Positions 61,752-64,000 of a stretch of 64,000 nt of DNA are shown piece after piece (the stretch's first letter is position 1; the number at the start of each line of letters is the position of its first letter). Position numbers and translations under genes: made by a program. The notes under the pieces are model-generated. The model saw nothing but the letters and a program-made list of their open reading frames with translations. It made no database searches and was not told the origin of the DNA. The stretch lies in contig JBEWZL010000152.1 in assembly GCA_045837725.1 (NCBI GenBank), forward strand, positions 248,001 to 312,000, in the 5' to 3' direction. This DNA comes from Vermamoeba vermiformis (Eukaryota).

Positions 61752-64000
61752 TTATTTCATATTGATAGAGATGGTCTTCTTCTTAGTGAAGTGTTCCAAC
61801 ATGTCTTCAAGCGCGCCTTCACGGCCCAAACCACTTTCTTTCCAGCCTCCAAAAGGCAAGTTGGGTTGCACGACATAGTTTTGATTCACTGAAAAAACGC
61901 GATCAGATCCAGATCCGGTCAAACTTTTTCAAACCGAATGAACTTACCTTGTACAATACCCGCCTCGAGCTGCTTAACAGCTTGCAAAGCCATCTTCAAA
62001 TCGTTAGTCCAGACTGAGGCCGACAAGCCAAAGTTGGTGTCATTAGCGCGGTGCAACACTTCGTCAAAGTTCTTCCAGCGCATGATAGCAGCAACAGGAC
62101 CAAAGATCTCGTTAGTGCAAATGGGACTGTCGTGAGGCACGTCAACCAACAAAACTGGTCGAACGAACAAGCCCTTGGCGAGCTTGGGATCAGTGGGCAA
62201 TGCGCTGCAGTGAACGGCACGCACGCCAGGGGTCTTTTCACCGATGTGAATGTAGTTCTTAATCTTTTCGAGTTGAGCCTAAAAAAATTGTGAAAAATTA
62301 GACCAAGATATTTTTTGGACTGCGCGTGAAAAAAATGAGCAGAGGAGACTTACAGCAGTGATAACAGTACCAATATCAGTCTCTTCGGATTGAGGATCGC
62401 CCATCTTCATAGCATCGATCTTTTGTTTCATCTTGGCAACAAATTCTTCGAAAATGTCTTCGTGGACGTAGATGCGGCTAGCAGCGGTACAAGATTGACC
62501 TTGGCGAGTGAAGCGCACTAATAAATCACTATATTAACATCTAGTAATATCTTATATAACGTTATAATACGTACTAGAAACGATAGCGCCATCAACGACC
62601 TTGTCAATTGACGCGTCCTTGTTGACGATCATAGGTGACTTGCCACCGAGTTCTATACATTGTGTTAATTACTATACTAATGATTATAATATGTACGTAC
62701 CAAGGGTGACGGGGATCAACTTATCAGCAACACTGGCGTAGATTCTCTTGCCTGTCTCGACTGAGCCAGTGAAGCTAACCTTGCCGACGTCACGGTGCTA
62801 GTTTTGATGTTAGACAAAGTGTAATAATAATAATACAATGATATTATATACTATATAGGATTCTGCCCTCTACCGGGCACTGCCACTCATAAGAGCGGTC
62901 AGAAGTACAACTTAACAGTGCATTCATGAACGGTGACACGTGTCATGTCAAAAGTACAAAACATACCTTCACCAAGGGCTCACCGCAGTCTTCACCGTAG
63001 CCAGGTACAACGTTCAAGAGACCGGGAGGCAAGACTTGGTTGATAATTTGAGCGAGTCTGAGGACTGACAAAGGAGCTTCTTCAGCGGGCTTTACGACGA
63101 CACTGTTACCAGTGGCAAAAGCTATTCAAGGGCTAACGTTAGCGCCTATTTAACGTAGCTGCCGGGCGCGATCTTGTACGTACCAGGAGCGATCTTCAAA
63201 GCGAGCAACAAGAGCGGGGCGTTCCAAGGAATGATGGCACCAACAACACCAATAGGTTCACGAAGCTATGGAGTGTTAGTATTATGCTCATATAGGGTTT
63301 TATGAGTACGTACAGTCATAGTGAGTGAATCAGGATTGAACGGCAAAGTCTCGCCTTTGACCTCAGGCGCGAGACCACCGAAGAAGGAGAACAGATCTGA
63401 CACGACAGAGGCTTCGACACGACTCTCAGTGCGGATAGCCTTGCCTGTCTCGAGGGTCACTAACTTGGCCAATTCTTCGCTGTGTTCTTTGATCAGCTGT
63501 AACGGCAGTAATTAGCTTAGAAGATCCACTCAAACAAAAAATAAGAAATTTGCTAAATTTCTCATACTTAGTATTTAAAGATATTCTCAATAATATTTGT
63601 AATTAATACTATAATAATAATAATGAATGATACTTACAGCACCGCATTGAGCGATGATTTGACCGCGTTGACGAGCGCCGACTTGAGCCCAAGCCTTTTG
63701 AGCTTTCTTGGCCGAAGCGACGGCATCATTAATATCATCCTTATTACCTATAATAAACATGTTAGCATTAGTAGTCAATTTGCGGATAATTAGATCGAGA
63801 TCCGGATTTCCACGTGTCGAATAGATCAACTCTCTTTTACCTCTAGCAACATTAGCTACAAGTTCGCCAGTGGCGGGATTATTAACTTGGAATAATTTTC
63901 CACTGCGAGAAGCTTTAAACTGTAATTTTAAATGTTAATCCAGATGTATTGCCGACGATAAACAAATAAATTTGATTTAATGCTTATTAATATTACCTGT
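61752..64000 (-). CDS. NAD(P)+-dependent aldehyde dehydrogenase, 5'-partial
   Basis: [34 protein letters not shown] (catalytic Cys) and EIFGPV; ends [12 protein letters not shown]. Confidence 0.95.

Noticed and set aside
62800-62965. Intronic snoRNA in the enlarged ALDH intron
   Set aside because: A GC-richer patch with one CTGA, but no convincing C box, terminal stem or H/ACA layout.

Overview
Gene-dense DNA from an intron-rich microbial eukaryote. It has short AT-rich GT-AG introns of about 50-60 nt with CTAAC-like branch points and intergenic gaps often under 150 bp. Gene content (NDH-2, Shr3-like, DMATS-type prenyltransferase) and compactness argue against an animal; an amoeba-like protist is plausible but cannot be proven here. 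About 22 spliced genes were reconstructed by eye. They include TSC2 (with a complete 5S rRNA gene in one intron), a TAF1C/Rrn6-like gene, an EF-hand pseudokinase, PP1 inhibitor-3, an F-box/ZZ protein, a Shr3-like gene carrying an intronic hAT-type MITE, a tandem family of small GPI-anchored 10-Cys proteins, a tweety-like gene, GT32, NDH-2, an FHA scaffold and an ALDH. Three items stand out: (1) a protein of seven tandem calpain domain-III modules ending in polyproline-WH2-WH2-C-A, a candidate new type of Arp2/3 activator; (2) a giant FG nucleoporin whose N-terminus closely resembles Nup358/RanBP2, usually described as animal-specific; (3) a compact three-gene candidate biosynthetic cluster of a bacterial-type DMATS prenyltransferase, an MpaB-like oxygenase and a flavin monooxygenase. 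Several small frameshifts in TSC2 and the nucleoporin look like assembly errors. All homology calls come from motif recognition, not database searches.
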